From: an uncultured delta proteobacterium
GTDB taxonomy: Bacteria > Desulfobacterota > Binatia > HRBIN30 > BPIQ01
Assembly: GCA_963761335.1 (NCBI GenBank)
Contig: CAVXGR010000015.1
Coordinates: forward strand, 32,001-96,000
Direction: 5' to 3'
DNA: 64,000 nucleotides
In this document: positions 62,023 through 64,000 of the stretch, piece after piece
How positions within the stretch are numbered: the stretch's first letter is position 1
Layout of the letters: each line of letters starts with the position of its first letter
Made by a program: the position numbers and the translations under genes
The notes under the pieces: generated by a model
Seen by the model: the letters and a program-made list of their open reading frames with translations, nothing else
The model's database searches: none
Told to the model about the DNA's origin: nothing

Positions 62023-62278
62023 GCCGCGCCGCGGCCGCGAAAGCCACCGATGCAGTCGCCGGCGTCAGTTTCTTCGCAAATTGCGCCGCATTGACTAACC
62101 GCTGACGCGGCTGCAGCTGCCGCGGATCTGCTGCCGGTGTCCCCGCTTCACGTCTATCCTGCGGGAAAGTTGACGGAATTCCACCGTTTCTCGGCAGGCA
62201 TGCAGGCCTTCGGGCGGGGCGGACGGAGCGGCCGGACCCGGTATGGAGCGTGCTCAGGCTTGGCGCGTGGAGAAGGGA

Positions 62279-63610
62279 ATGCGAGATTCGAAGGCCCCGG
62301 CGCTGAGCAAGGCGGAAGCGGTGATCTTGCTGCGCTGGGTGCTGATCATCGCTACCTCGTATTTGGTTCTCTTCAGCCGTCCGCTCGCCCAGACGTCCGC
62401 CGCCGTCGGCATCTTCGTTGCGGCCTACCTCACCTCCAATCTGCTGCTCACCATCTTCCTGCCGCGGATTCGCTCACAGCGGGCCTTCGACGTGGGTGTC
62501 GTGCTGGTCGACACGGTTGCCGTTTCCATCGGCCTGGCGCTGACCGACAATGCCTCGAGCGATTTCTTCCTCCTCTACTTCGTGGTCATCTTCCTCGGAG
62601 CCCTCTCGGGGCGGCTGGGGCTGGTCGTCGGGGCCGCGGTGTTGATCAGCGGCCTGCACCTCTACACCATGGCGCGTTTCGTCGGCTTCGATCACTTGCT
62701 GCGCGACGGCTACATCCTCCGCATCCCTTTCCTCTTCGTGGTGTCGCTCTTCTTCGGCTACCTGGTGGAGCAGGCCCGCAGCAGCGAGCGCGGCGCTGAA
62801 GAGGCGCGGGTGCGGGAACGCATGCGCGCCGACTTCCTCTCCATGGTGACGCACGATCTGAAGAACCCGCTCGGGCTGGTGCAGAGCATGGCGGAGCTTC
62901 TCCTGGACGGAGATGCGGGGCCGATGAACCAGCAGCAGACGAATCTGATTCGGCGCATTCACGCCAACATTCGCCGCGTGATCTCTCTCTCCCTCAACCT
63001 CCTCGACGCGGCGCGCATCGAGGCCGGGCGAGTGAACCTGCAGCGCACCCCGGTGAATCTCGCCGACATCGTCGACGACGCCATGTCGCTGGCGCGCAGC
63101 GCGGGCGAGCTCAAGGGCGTCAACCTGCGCTTCGCACACGAGCCCGAGCTGCCCTCGGTCGATCTGGATTTCATGCAGATGGAGCGCGTGATCTCCAATC
63201 TTCTCGACAATGCCATCAAGTATACACCTGTCGGCGGCATGGTGACGGTGCTGATCAGCTGCACCGGGGATCAGTTGATTCTCACGGTGCGCGACAACGG
63301 GCCCGGCATTCCCGGCGCTGAGCTACCCGGTCTGTTCGACAAGTACCGTCGGCGGGCGGAGAGCGGGCGCACCCAAGGCACCGGGCTCGGTCTGTTCATC
63401 GTTCGCGCCATCGTCGAGGCCCACGGCGGTACGGTGCACGCCGAGAGTGTCGTCGGCAAGGGGACGAGCATGACGGTGTGCCTGCCGCTGCCGCAGGAGC
63501 CGCGAGTCAACGGTGCGGCTGGCAAGGTGTCGTCGTGGTCGCGCCCCGCCCTCGCCCCCGCCCTCGCGCCGCCGCCTCCGGCGGCCGCCCCCAGTGCCAG
63601 CGGGACATAG
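62279..63610 (+). CDS. Membrane-bound sensor histidine kinase
   Basis: About 5-6 TM; THDLKNPL (H box); NLLDNAIKY; DNGPGI; GTGLGL; ATG 62243 is an alternative start; no cognate regulator in the window. Confidence 0.92.
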   Translation: MRDSKAPALSKAEAVILLRWVLIIATSYLVLFSRPLAQTSAAVGIFVAAYLTSNLLLTIFLPRIRSQRAFDVGVVLVDTVAVSIGLALTDNASSDFFLLYFVVIFLGALSGRLGLVVGAAVLISGLHLYTMARFVGFDHLLRDGYILRIPFLFVVSLFFGYLVEQARSSERGAEEARVRERMRADFLSMVTHDLKNPLGLVQSMAELLLDGDAGPMNQQQTNLIRRIHANIRRVISLSLNLLDAARIEAGRVNLQRTPVNLADIVDDAMSLARSAGELKGVNLRFAHEPELPSVDLDFMQMERVISNLLDNAIKYTPVGGMVTVLISCTGDQLILTVRDNGPGIPGAELPGLFDKYRRRAESGRTQGTGLGLFIVRAIVEAHGGTVHAESVVGKGTSMTVCLPLPQEPRVNGAAGKVSSWSRPALAPALAPPPPAAAPSASGT

Positions 63611-63756
63611 GGGAGCGATTGCCTCCGTGGCAGGTCGCCGAGAAGGATTGCGATGCTGACCGCGCCATGCCGCTCCTGGCCGCGATTTGCCCCCATGAAC
63701 GGCAATGAATTGACTCTGGTGGCCCTATTCCCCCCTTCGGATTGGCGCCCAATGGC

Positions 63757-63772
63757 TGGCATTTCTCCTGCT
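63757..63772 (+). promoter_or_regulatory. Possible sigma-54 (-24/-12) promoter for a gene starting near 63987
   Basis: TGGCAtttctccTGCT (GG-N10-GC); RBS ggaggggagg and ATG 63987 at the window end. Confidence 0.45.
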
Positions 63773-64000
63773 GTCGCATGGAATCAGCAATAGCGGCGCG
63801 ATCCGGATGCTACTGGGGGGCCGGTGAGGCATTCCGAGTCGCGCGTGAGAATCAAATGGAACGACCGGCCTCGCAACTCAGCTCGCACAACACGCGGAAC
63901 AACGCCGCCCCAGGATGGCATATCAGGCGATGGGCGCTTGCCGGCCAGCGAAGGCGGAGCGGATGAGAGGTGGAGGGGAGGATGTCATGAGAGACGCTTC

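Overview
This is a high-GC bacterial chromosome segment from a diderm. The gene style (DUF4215-type Cys-rich repeats, DUF1302/YCF48/MMPL/DUF1329 cluster, YdbH/YdbL pair, mreBCD-mrdA-rodA) suggests a deltaproteobacterium-like lineage such as Binatia; this is inference only. About 50 coding regions are present. Three envelope-spanning transport modules: YdbH-like + YnbE/YdbL-like; LolA-like + two LolC/E-like + LolD-like + putative outer-membrane protein; and DUF1302-YCF48-MMPL-DUF1329 with a divergent secreted unknown. Metabolic and accessory genes: an orphan ArsS-type radical SAM gene, malic enzyme and acetyl-CoA synthetase (each broken by two +1 insertions, probably sequencing errors), GH172, GH1 and pectinacetylesterase-family hydrolases, fatty-acid catabolism genes, a secreted Cys-rich di-heme protein and an ECF sigma/VOC pair. 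Housekeeping genes: clpB, ppiD, the rod-shape operon, trxA, nth and a histidine kinase. I saw no rRNA, tRNA, CRISPR array, transposase or prophage, but several families of intergenic palindromic repeats occur. The best leads are an IF1 (ATPase inhibitor)-like helix fused to a zinc ribbon divergent from clpB, an ECF sigma followed by a putative anti-sigma-VOC fusion, the Cys-stalk di-heme protein, unannotated micro-proteins (a pilin-like 49-mer and a secreted 40-mer), and a ~140-bp repeat with a conserved non-palindromic core. All family assignments come from motif recognition by eye; no searches were run.
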